A DNA stretch of 64,000 nucleotides from Balanoglossus misakiensis (Eukaryota > Animalia > Hemichordata): positions 3,694,760 through 3,758,759 of the forward strand of contig CM082576.2 of assembly GCA_040954595.2 (NCBI GenBank). Direction: 5' to 3'. Shown piece by piece: positions 42,001-53,189 of this stretch. Position 1 is the first letter of the stretch, and each line of letters starts with the position of its first letter. Below the pieces are notes generated by a model. It was not told the DNA's origin. It ran no database searches and saw only the letters and a program-made list of their open reading frames with translations. A program made the position numbers and the translations under genes.

Positions 42001-43874
42001 CCAATTTCTACCTCTGTCCCTATTTTCTCCTCCAGTTTGACAAGTGCACTTGGTAAGAAGTATAACTGATTGTCAGAGACATTCACCCTTTTCAGACTCT
42101 TGACATTTTCAATAGCCTTCGGCACAGAACGCAAACAGTTGCCACTCACATCCAGTGTCTGCAGGTTTTGCTTGCCTTTGCATGCAGTTTTGTCTGTGCG
42201 AACGGTGTGAATTTGGTTTCTGCTCACATTAAGCTCTTGAAGAGTCGGGTGCTGAAATACATGCGCAGGCACGACGATCAGCTGGTTTCCGTCAAGTTTC
42301 AGACTTTGCAACTTCTTCAGCTCCTTAATTTGTTCCGGTATTACTTTCACATTGTTGCCGCCCATGTCGAGATCCACCAGATGCTCACAAGAAAAACAAA
42401 CAGGTGGGATGTGTACGATGTTATTGTCTTTCAAGTTCACATCTTTAAGTTTCATGCTGTCCACTGGGCCAATGTTGTCATCACCACCACCATCATCATC
42501 ACTATCATTGACACCGCTCTTAACACGGACACCGTCATCTGAACCAGCATCTTCTCGTGTGTCCTTTATTTTATTTCCAGACAAGTTGATGTGTTCCAAA
42601 GTTTTCATTCTGGAAAGACGCTGTGGGACACATTCCAGCCTGTTCCTTGCCAAGTTCAGCGTCTTCAGTTTTTCCAGATGTATGTTTTCAGGAATGTCTG
42701 ATATGCTGTTCCCCTCTAAGTCGAGCTCTTCCAGATACCTTGCGCTGAACAGGCTGTCGGGTAGATTATTGATGTGATTACTCTTGAGGGAAAGCTTCTT
42801 CAGCTTCTTCATTTTACCGAAGTCGATGTGGGTCAGATCTGTTAGATCATTAAAATCAAGGTGCAGGGACTCCAAGCTGGGTTGTTCCACCTGCTTCGGT
42901 AGATGGCCTATTTTGTTGTTCTTGGCAGAAAGGTGACAGAGCGCCATTTTGTCGAACGGGACGTCTGCAATGTCACTTATCGCGTTTCGATCAAGATGAA
43001 AATCCCTGAGTTTGTTGAGACCTCTGAATGGAGCGGGACTAAGGTTATCTATTGCGTTGTTTGTCAGTATGCAGGTGCTGAGACAGGCGAGTTTGCTGAA
43101 CGCGTCAGGCACGTCCCTGATGTCATTGCCTTCGACGTTGAGGAAAACCAGCCGAGTTAGCACCGCCACAGTATGTAAGATTCCCTTGCCTTCAGGGGGC
43201 ACATCAACGTCGAGATGGTTATTTCTCAGGTCCAAGTGGCGCAGAGCTTTGAGTCGAGTGACTATGCTCTCTGTGATACCAACGGTCAGGACAGGCTTAG
43301 TTGTTAAATCTGCACAGAGTTTGAGTGTGTGCACGAAGATGGGTAGTTGTGCCACCGTGTTTTGCTCGACTGACACCACTCCATTTCGACTCCAGTCTAG
43401 AACCTGCAACTTTCTCAACTTGGAGATATCGTGAGGGATAAATGATAGCCTGTTGTCTGCCGCCAGAAATTTTGCGAGCTTCGGCAACTTGAAGACATCT
43501 CCCCAGAGTTTGGAGAATTTGTTTTTGCTGATGTCTAGATGCTGCAACTTTCTCGCGATTCCGATGCCAGGAACGCTTGTCAAACTGTTGTCAGATAGAT
43601 CGATGTAAGTAAGGTTTGGCAACTCAAAGAACTCGTATGAAATCCACGTTAAGCGATTCCTGCTCAAGTTCACATATCGCAATCCTTTGAGTTCGACGAT
43701 GTCTTCTTTTATGTCCGCGATGTAGTTATTGGACAAATTCAAAGTCTTGATGTCGGTCCTGCAGTCATCGATCAAATGATCGGGGACTGCTCTTAGTCTT
43801 TTATTTGTTGCTACATATTCTGGCTTTGGGCTAGCAATGTCAGTATTGTTGAATTTTGAGGCTCCTGATCCCAT
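39054..43874 (-). CDS. Roco protein 1: N-myristoylation motif, LRR, Roc-like, COR, death domain (1-nt frameshift inside the DD exon)
   Basis: Exon 43874-40001 (MGSGASK, many LxxLxLSxNxL repeats, P-loop LGSKGAGKAT, VGTH, COR-like HNLDFLKDIL..F), micro-exon 39777-39754, DD exon 39369-39054 (WKELAPHLGIP / LLQKWK..LKVIG..LAEEV in two frames). Confidence 0.85.
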
Positions 43875-45476
43875 AATATGTTTTTCGTGTCCTTTTCACC
43901 AAGCGGACGACTCGAGTGGAACTTCTAAAGTACAAACAATCACAAATCCCTTTGTATCATGGTTGCACGTAACATGGGACTGCTATTTCTGTCCTGTCCA
44001 CCAGGATAGGCATGTCAGGATCTAAGGTCCTTGTTCCTAAAGGTAAGGAGAACGAGTTCAAAATTTCAAATTATGTCTAATCCAAATGTTCAGCAAATGT
44101 TGCGTTCGGCGCATTCAAATAGTGGACTATCTTCCCTCCCTACCATCGATCGCCGCCCTATAAACGACTCCAATGCGTTCACGCATTCTCTTATACATTT
44201 ATTAGGTTGTACAAAGTTTTATCATAGTTTTGACCTTCTTGATTTATATATTTACGATGGTAGAAATGACAGGTGGTATGTGTCGAGCTTTTGAGTTCAT
44301 GCCAAGAATTTAAGGGTGTGCTGAGGTACGTTATGGACGTTATGGGAGTTGCAATACAGCAAAACACCGAGGTCTACGGCAATGCTGTGCAAATAGACTG
44401 CAAGTGGATACTCAACGTTTCGCTTCAATTAGGGACTAGGTTAGATTACTGGCCAAATTACAACAAAGCGAGCACACGCGGCTGTCAACGGTAAATTTTG
44501 TATGAGATATAGGAAGCAAATGACAGTACTGACCGAACCGTCGCAGATTGCGGGTATTATCAAGCCTCTATCAGGTTATGGCGAACAAGTGTTGAGATCC
44601 ACGCACCGTTCTGTTCATAGCCACAACCCGAACCTCTGTTGGAAATACCCTGTCGTGTTTTCTTTGTGACGATGTCCAGATCCGGGTCTGTCTGTCTACT
44701 GCACGTCAACACCGGGCTTGTGAGAGAGTCTATAGTCAACACCCCTACTCAAACCACGGGCCCAAAGTGCGTTGTTTCTTTGACAGGTTCCCCTTCAAAC
44801 GAGTTAATCTGTAACAAAAGGCGAGCTGCGCAGACGCGTACAGGTGAATGGCAATTTAATGATCTCACCACCAACTAAAAACATGGCTCAAAGTTCTGGC
44901 GCAGAATCGCCGTCGCATTGAGTGCGAAACGTTGCAATTTCCTTTATAGATTGTCGCATTGGGATCATGTAGGAGTTTCCTGTAATAATGGATGCTAACG
45001 TGGAATCTGCAAATGTTTACTTTTGTGCAGACAGACGGAAGAAAGGACAGACAGACAGACAGACAGACAGACTTTAATTACTGGTAAAAGTGATGAAAAA
45101 AACCAAACATGATTCTTCCTAATATAAGCTTGGTTATAATATAAGTGTGTGAATAACTGAAGCTCGAGTACAATGCGGAGAGAACCGTTACCACCAGGAT
45201 GTTGGTGAGATTGTTACTTGGTTGACGTCAGGCCACAAATGCGGGTTGTTTTTCTCCGCGACCGCCACTTTCATACCTGCTCAGCCGATACATGTTTCTG
45301 CATATTATCAGAGAATTTGAAATATTGTGAATATTTGGCAACGTTTTACTGATTCACTTTTATTCTAAAGTGTAAGTCTAGAAGATTCCAATCTTCCTGG
45401 TACCTTGTTTCTGGAAGATATGCTATTATACTAGTCCGAGGGAACAACTGTAGACATTTGTCAGTTTTTGGCTTGA

Positions 45477-46533
45477 CTAAGAGGCTGGCGCGATACGAAT
45501 TACAAATACCACAAACAAAACTCCGGTAACGAGGGTTGTTCCGGCCAAGGTGTATGTCAAGAACGTAATCGTGTTGTTGCGTCGGCGTACAGTTTCCTTG
45601 CAAATCCTGCCGCAACCACTGAACAGGGGAACCGGTGTTTCCTGTCCTTCGCCGTCGTCGATGTCAACAATACCCACTATGTAGAGGAGGTAGGCAAGTA
45701 CGAGCTCTAACAAGATGCAGAGGCAGGAGAAAGCTATGGTAACTGGCCAGATGTCGAACGACTTGTAGGACGACGACGCTGTCCCGAAGACCACCAGGGA
45801 CACCAACAAACAGACGTGGGACGCGAACAGCCCGAAGTTCATGATACTTAAGGCGACTGTTTTCGAAGTGGCGTAGGCGCTGAATTCACCATACTGTAAG
45901 ACAGATCGAAGAATAATACGTGAGTTGTGATATTTGTTGTCAGAAATTAAAAGAGGGATCGGAACGTGTAGGGGTTTGGGCAGTACTTTTTACTTTTTTT
46001 AAAATACCGAAGGCCTCCCAAACGCACTTTTAAGTCACAATTCCGTATAGGTCAGTAATGTGTGTACCATTATCGATCAGTGTAGGTTTAATAAAAATAC
46101 TTGTCACGTTCCACCCGTCCCGCCTGTTCTAAAAACAATAATTATCACACACCTTGCGTGCAGGTTCCCCTTCACAAATCCAGTCTACTGATGGATCCAA
46201 TTTCTCCAAGGAAAACCCACCGCCGCTTTCTGGACCGACGAACGTGTTGTCGACACTTGACTTCAAGACGATCGTCTTCGGATCGAGACAAAACAGTTTG
46301 GCGAGAACGGAGCGTGTTAAGCGGGCTTCCGAAAGCCAAACCCGACCCCTGACTGTGTAAGCCCCGGCACCCATCATTCCGGCGATCGTCACACCATGAA
46401 TGTTCGGGTTCGCTTGGTGCTGTCGGCCTGACGACTCCTCGGCCATTTCTTGCAGCTCGCTCCGGTTCCGTGAGCCTCCCCGCGCTTTTCTCTTCTGGTC
46501 ACGTTCTGGTGAAACGCTTGCTGTCGCAGCCAT
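45477..46533 (-). CDS. Ninjurin-like protein 2 with N-terminal globular domain
   Basis: Exons 46533-46153 and 45893-45477; SAYATSKTVALSIMNFGLF motif, hydrophobic helices, RNN. Confidence 0.8.
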
Positions 46534-47054
46534 TTCTGTTGTTTTGACTTTTATTTTTCTGGCTACTTGGGGGCTGATCTAACTTGTCATAGTTGAGATA
46601 CGTTAACCATATTAACATACCATCTGTCAAAGTGAGATTGGGTTGACGTCTACGACCAATTGTTTCACGCAAACAGACAGAAGGGAGAAACATATCAGAA
46701 ACGTGTCAGAAACTTGTCAGAAACATCTGAAAGTTCCCTGTCCAAAAGTGACACTCCTCTCAGCGCCTATTGTTCGACCAAACAAATAATGAATAGAAGT
46801 GTCACAAGATGGTAAGAAATACACTAGCCAACTGTGACGTGAATTTAGTATTCACCAAAATGTGTGTAGCCAGAATGTTGTGCAGAAAAGAGCTCACACG
46901 TACACATTTAAATATTGTTTAACTAGATTGTAATTCACCAAAAGAACGAAATACAAAAATTATGCACATAAAATACCTCTGTAGGAACTAACTATAATAA
47001 TGCGGGTGACGAAAAGTTTAGAACACAACAACTCACGACAAGAGCAATGTCCAT

Positions 47055-47279
47055 GGTAGGCTGGCAGGTACAACAGACGAACGCACGCCCGACCAACACG
47101 GACACGGACGGTGACCGGAGGAACGCTGGAAGTAGAGTGGAGCCCCTAGGACATGAAGCATCGACCTTTTATATGACCAGTTTTGCATCACGACTGTTTC
47201 AAACGCGATCTCAGAAGCTGATTGGCGTACTCGATGTCACCCAACAGATGTAACACGCACAACATGTTAATAACCCGCT
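47055..47279 (-). repeat. Dispersed promoter-like repeat, copy 2
   Basis: Homologous to 20921-21157; CCAAT and TATAAAAG on the minus strand, pointing at ninjurin-like 2. Confidence 0.8.
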
Positions 47280-47499
47280 CAGCAAGTCACAGGAGAAAAT
47301 CAATTAATGTCAAATAACAATGACAGGGTTGTGACCTTTGGCAAGTTATCGAGGGTTCATACACGGGGACCAAGTACAAAATGATAAAAGGGGTTCGTTC
47401 GCGTAACACTTATATGAAAGGTTCGCTTGGTCCCTCTTTGAAATGATACATCAGACAGAAATGTTGTGATAAAATAGCATTTTCCCCTCTTTAGGTCTA

Positions 47500-48646
47500 T
47501 CAGAGAGATGCTTCGAGTTGAACTATAATTATCATGGTAACAAAGGTTATTCCGACCAAGACGGCTGCCATGACAGTGATCGTGTGGTTACGTCGGCGTA
47601 CAGTTTCCTTTAAAATTCCGTCATAGCAAATAAACAGGGGAACCGGTGTTTCCTGTCCTTCGCCGTCGTCGATGTCAACAATACCCACTATGTAGAGGAG
47701 GTAGGCAAGTACGAGCTCTAACAAGATGCAGACACATGCAAAAGAAAGAGCGACTTCCCAAAGACCGGCCGACGTACTGTTCAAGAACAGGTCCTGGTTT
47801 ACCACGAGGGCCACTAACATACAGACGTGGGACACAAACAGACCAAAGTCCATAATACCGATGGCGACTGTTTTCGAGGTAGCGTAGGCGTTCACGTCAC
47901 CATACTGAAAGAGAAATAAAACAAACTATAGATACCGTGTACGCGGATATCAATATTTGAAACCGTTCGGTACACGACACGAGGGTCAACCCATACTCTA
48001 GAACTTGAAGTAAGCCAGTTTCGGATTCCGTGTGATGATCATAAAACTGTGTCCAAACTTGAAAATATCAGTTTGCGTTATGGCTATAAAATGTAATTAT
48101 TGTATTACAGTGCTCTAACGTTCTCACTTGAATTGGAATTTACACATTCTTGATGTAAATATTAATAGTAGATTACTTTCCAATGAGTATGCCAGACGTT
48201 GGTAATTTCTTACAAGTTTAATGCAGAGATAAGGCCTCATATACTCCGACAAGGTCACACACCTTTCGAGCGGGCTCTCCTTCGCAAATCCAGTCAACCT
48301 CTGGATCTAGTCTGTCCAGGGAAAATCTGCCGCCGTTTTCTGGTCCTATCTTAGTATTGTCTTTGCTTGATTTCAAAATTATCGTTTTGGGATCGAGGCA
48401 AAAAAGCTTGGAGAGAACGGAGCGTGTTAATCGGGATTCTGAAAGCCATATTCGCCCGTTGACTTTGTATGCTCCGGTACCCATCGTTCCGGTGACGGTC
48501 ACACCATTGAAGTTCGGCGCCGGTTGGTGTTGTCGGCTCGATGCATCTGCGTCTCTTTCTTCCGAGCCTAGTGCGCTCGATGTCCGCGACACCTCTTCTG
48601 GGGATGGTGGATCACGCTCAGGCGAAACGCGAGCAGTCGCTGCCAT
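47500..48646 (-). CDS. Ninjurin-like protein 3 with N-terminal globular domain
   Basis: Exons 48646-48263 and 47904-47500; VNAYATSKTVAIGIMDFGLF is the closest match to the ninjurin N-terminal helix motif. Confidence 0.83.
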
Positions 48647-49013
48647 TTTACGGAGTCGAAGTAAGTTGTTGGACAACTACTGACAGCAAAGAAGGAACTA
48701 TTTACGGTCACATCGTATCGAGGATCGGAGGTATGAGGAAGCACCGGACCTTCGACCTGTTTACGAACAAATCATATAGAGCCTCAGACATTGTCATAGC
48801 AACTGTGTGTTGTCTCTTCTCTCTTGTTTGTCTTGATGCGACATTTAGTCAATAGGCCATTGAGATTTATTACATTACAGTTCAAAGGACAAGGAATTTA
48901 GTGGGTGACGATCAGGCAGAATTGAAATAAAAATACGTCGAGGTTTTTCGACCCTGTCAAACAATGGATACGTTTTGTTTAAGTTGTAGGTGTGACCCAT
49001 TGGGTTTTGCGTC

Positions 49014-49027
49014 GTCGCCATGGGTAC
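49014..49027. promoter_or_regulatory. RFX X-box-like motif upstream of ninjurin-like 3
   Basis: GTCGCCATGGGTAC followed by GTGAAC, ~100 nt past the Roco2 stop codon. Confidence 0.55.
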
Positions 49028-49125
49028 GTGAACAAGCTCGGGAGATTAAGAGTTCGAATCCGATAAATGCATTACAATGTATATGTGCAATGCATCAGGT
49101 TTGACCCAAAAGTGGATTGAACATA

Positions 49126-52100
49126 TCAGCACTGGAGCTCAGATAGCGTATCAGCCAAAGCTTGCTCATTGATAACCCTCAGACTATTGATCAGAATTTG
49201 GAATTGCTGCATCATGACGCCAGGAGTGTGGAGTTTGTCTTTCCATCGGTCCACGAGTTCTCTCAGCTTATCCTTTTCACATCCGCCGTCCCGTCTGTCG
49301 ATTACGGTTACCGTCCTTCCCGGTATTCCGAGCTGTAAGGCGAGTTCCTTCCACTTTCCGGGTTCCAACTTGGAACAGACCAGATCGCAAGCTTCATTCA
49401 CCATCCCCCCTACGGAAATTCAAACATTGATTCTTCAGTATGAGTAAACTGGCAAGAGACAGCTCCAAATATAGTTGTAGACTTTACAAAGCAGTTTTGC
49501 TTGTCAACACCATTCCAAAAATGACGTTTTGAAGAAAGACAGTTGGCGTTGTCTCTCAATTTGGAAAAAAAATGAACAGAGGAAAAATTAAAAAACAATG
49601 CATAGAAACGGATGCTAGTAGTAAAATACTTACTTGTAACAGTGTGATCGGCTGCTTCTGATGAAGTAATCAAACAATTAATACAAGTTAGTAAAGCAGG
49701 TTTTCACACAATTTTCAAACAGTCAATCTATGCGCTACCTACTCGTCTTTCATCGTGAGTAATTATTGGCTATGTTATCTACAAACTATTCTGACACATC
49801 TGACAAGAGATTCTTGTTTTGCTTTGAAGAATATAGTGTCTGAATAATGTCCGTCAGAAAACTACGAAATGCCTGGTCGATAATGATATAAAATGTTTGT
49901 TTGCTTGCTTGTGCGTTTGCGTACCTTGCTGATACTGGCATTGGTTTAGTTCTTCCAGAACTTTCGAAGAATCCTTTGGAAACGGAATCCGTGAATGATG
50001 CATTGCGCTGTTCGGATGCTCACAGCCCACTCCCTCTGGGCATATCACTCTCAGCTTTGTGAGATAAGAAACGCTTGGCCACTTTCTCTTCATGATAGCT
50101 CGCATTCTCTGAAGCAAACCAGAGTTTAAGACATTGAAGACGTGTTCAGTGTTCGTCAGCATTTCAGCCCGTAACTCGTCGCCAGGAACGTCCTCTGCTC
50201 GTTGGCGCACTCTCTTGTCCATCGCCGTTTCCACAACCAGCGTCGATGTCTTCGAAAGACCTTTCTGTTCCGTGATGGTCATGGTGACTCCGTTGAAGAC
50301 ACCGTAGAAGCCATCTTCCCACGCTGCCTTGATGTTACTGTTGTACGCGCAGGCCAGGGTGTTCAACATCGCCGACGAACGCCACGACTGAAGTTCAATA
50401 CCCGTTTCCAGCACGGGTTTGAACTTCCGCGGAATGCGAGGCACTTTACTCAAGAAGGCAGGAAACCTCAGAACTCTCGTTGGAGGCTTGTCCGTGGCCA
50501 TTTCGAGGGAAGAAAGCGATTCTTCTCCAGAATGTACTTGATAGCACACGCCGAAACCAATCAGTACATCCAGTACAAGTGACAGGGCCTCGGTACTCAC
50601 ATCCAAACTGCTGAGAACATATTCTCTGATCACATCGGCCGACACGACGGCCTTACTTTTGAAAGTCTTCCTGAGGCGAGATAAACCACCATCATCATTG
50701 ACTGTCGATGAGCGGATCTTGCTCCCAAGGAAGTTTTCTTTCTCTCTACCAAACATTTCCCCGAGAACATCTTTCAGGAAGTCCAGGTTATGAAAGATAT
50801 GACCTTTAAGGTTAGGTATCTTTGCGTAGTGTTGCAATACACCGGCTCGCTTCAAGTACACCACTATGCTTTCTGCGTCCTCTTTCAAATAGCCGACTTG
50901 CTGCAGAAGGTCTTCGAATTCCAACAGGGTGATGGCAACTTTTTGCTGGTGGACATCTTTCAACTTTTCACGGAGAAGTTCTTCACTTGGTTGTGAATTC
51001 ACCATCTCTGCTTGTTTGTCTTGGCTGCAAACATCCGTTGAATTGGTGGGAAGTAGATGATTGTGGCCACTTCTCAGAAGTTCGACCATTTTGTGTCTGC
51101 ATAGGTCGATCTGTTGTTCACTCGCTCCCATCACCAAAACGTCCGGGAAAGAGGAAAGAACCGGCGAGTCTGTCTGTTTCCTTTGCTGCCAGTCCGTCAA
51201 ACACTTCTTCAGCTCGTTCCCGATGCTTTTGCGGACTTCCTCGACCTCGGTCAGCTGTAAACTATCGCCGCATGTACCAACAACCACGAACGTCACGTCT
51301 GCTCCAACACTGTCCAGGACGCCATCGATGAACACTTTGATGCAGTCTTTGAAGCGCTCATCTGGGGAGATGATGTACTGGGCAAGGTTAACGATGATGG
51401 CATACAGCGTAGAGTCGGTGTAGAACAGTGGACAGGCCAAATGCGCCATGCCTCGTCCTCCGCAGTAGACAAACTCAATGTCCAGGTCATGATCGAGTGG
51501 TAAGTTGACGCAGTCCATAAAACTCAGGGGTTTTGCGTCTTCTTTGTCTGCATCGTTTGTTTCTGAAGGCTCATCTTCTGGTGCACTGACTGGACGTTGG
51601 TCTGATCGTAGGGAACCAGCTGGACGCGATTCGTGACCATCTACAATCATCATGGCTTGTAAGTTTCGGATAGTCGTGGCTTTGCCAGCGCCATTGGCAC
51701 CGAGAATGAATATGCGACCCTTTTTCTTTGGTATCTCTGTTGCAGCGGGGTCTTCCGCTTGTTCCTCTTCAGGGGAAACACTGTCTTCGCCGTCTTCAGT
51801 TACCTCTACCGACGTGGTAGACGTCCCAGAGCTGAGACTTCCATCTTCAAAGGAGTTTCCTTCCGAGTTTACACCTTGAGAGGAGTCTTCATCTTCAAAA
51901 GGGTTTCCTTCTAAGTTAACATCCTTCAACGTCTTCATTTCCGACAGACACTCCGGAACACGTTTCAAACGATTACTTCCTAAGTTCAGTTTCTCAAGAT
52001 GTGGAAAATAAAATCCAGATGGAAGGTCGTGTATCTGATTGCATTCTACGTCAAACGTCTCCAGGCAACGTGCTTTGCAGATAGCACTGGGAATTTCTGT

Positions 52101-53189
52101 TAGGCAGTTCTTCTTCAAGGAGAGAGACTTCAGCATCTTCATCTTGTGAAAGCTTACATGGATTACCTCAGTCAATCTATTGCAATCCAAATGGAGTGTC
52201 TCTAAAGTCGGCTGCGCGATCTGTTCAGGAAGACGACGTATCATATTGTCATTCATAGATAGAACAGCTAGCCTCATGTCGTCGAATGGAATCGCGTCTA
52301 TATCCTGTAGTTCGTTTTTGTCGATTCTGAAGATCTCCAGTCTTCTTAAACCCTCAAGGGAAGCCGCAGGCAACAGTTGTATGCTGTTGTTGCTCAGAAT
52401 GCATGTTGTCAGAGAGGTAAGGTTGCTGAACGTGCCTGGCAGAGCCTTGATGCAATTTCCTTCAACGTTTAGATACACCAGGCCGGTCAGCAATGCCACG
52501 GCGTGCAGGATCCCTTTGTCTTCATCTGTAATGTTTTTGTCGAGAAGATTGTTGCTGAGGTCCAAATGTTCTAAGGACTTTAGACCTTCACTCAGACTTG
52601 AGGGGAGGATTGGGGCCAATAGGGTAGATCCTTTCGTTCCGAGTTTCAGTGTAATAAGCGATGGGGGCAACACAAGTTCGCGAACGGTGCCAAGTGGATT
52701 CCTTCTCAAGTCGAGGCTCTTTAACGACTCCAACCGGGCAAATTCATTTGGGAGGGAAGACAGCTTGTTGTCGGCTGCAAGCAGATGTTGTAGGCGACGG
52801 AGTTTGAAAAATCCCGCGTGCAGTTTTCGAAACTTGTTCTTGCTGATGTCCAAGTGCAGCAACTTCTTGGCTGACTCTAGTCCGGGTAAACCTGTCAAGT
52901 TGTTGCCAGACATGTTGGCGTGCGTGAGTTGAGGCAATTCGAAGAACTGATAGGCCACAAGACTCAAACGGTTGTGGCTGACATCAACGTGTCTCAGTCC
53001 GACGAGCAGACTGATTTCGTCCGTTATTTCTTCGATGAAGTTTGTGGAAAGACTGAGGGACTTTATGTCAGTTCTCGCCTCCTCAATCAGCTCATCGGGC
53101 ATTGCTACAAGTCTTCTGCCCTTCTTTTCATAGACAGGTGATGGCATCGTTCCCACATCGCCGCCGACTTTTGATAATCTGATTCCCAT
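49126..53189 (-). CDS. Roco protein 2: N-myristoylation motif, LRR, Roc-like, COR, death domain
   Basis: Exon 53189-49925 (MGIRLSK, LRRs, ILGANGAGKAT, VGTCGD, HNLDFLKDVL), 24-nt micro-exon 49657-49634, DD exon 49409-49126 (WKELALQLGIP..LVDRWK..LRVINEQALADTL). Frame is intact. Confidence 0.88.

Noticed and set aside
39972-43874. Naming the Roco genes LRRK2, MFHAS1 or DAPK1
   Set aside because: No kinase domain, degenerate GTPase motifs and a C-terminal DD; orthology cannot be supported by eye.
46370-46410. RHIM-like amyloid motif in the ninjurin N-termini (GVTIAG/GVTVTG/GVFVNG)
   Set aside because: Lacks the (I/V)Q(I/V)G core, and no matching motif is seen in the Roco proteins; better explained as the first strand of the globular domain.
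52180-52932. Long antisense ORFs over the Roco, ZU5 and IL-17 exons, and microsatellite ORFs (8941, 16488)
   Set aside because: These are shadows of real coding strands or of simple repeats and have no independent motifs.
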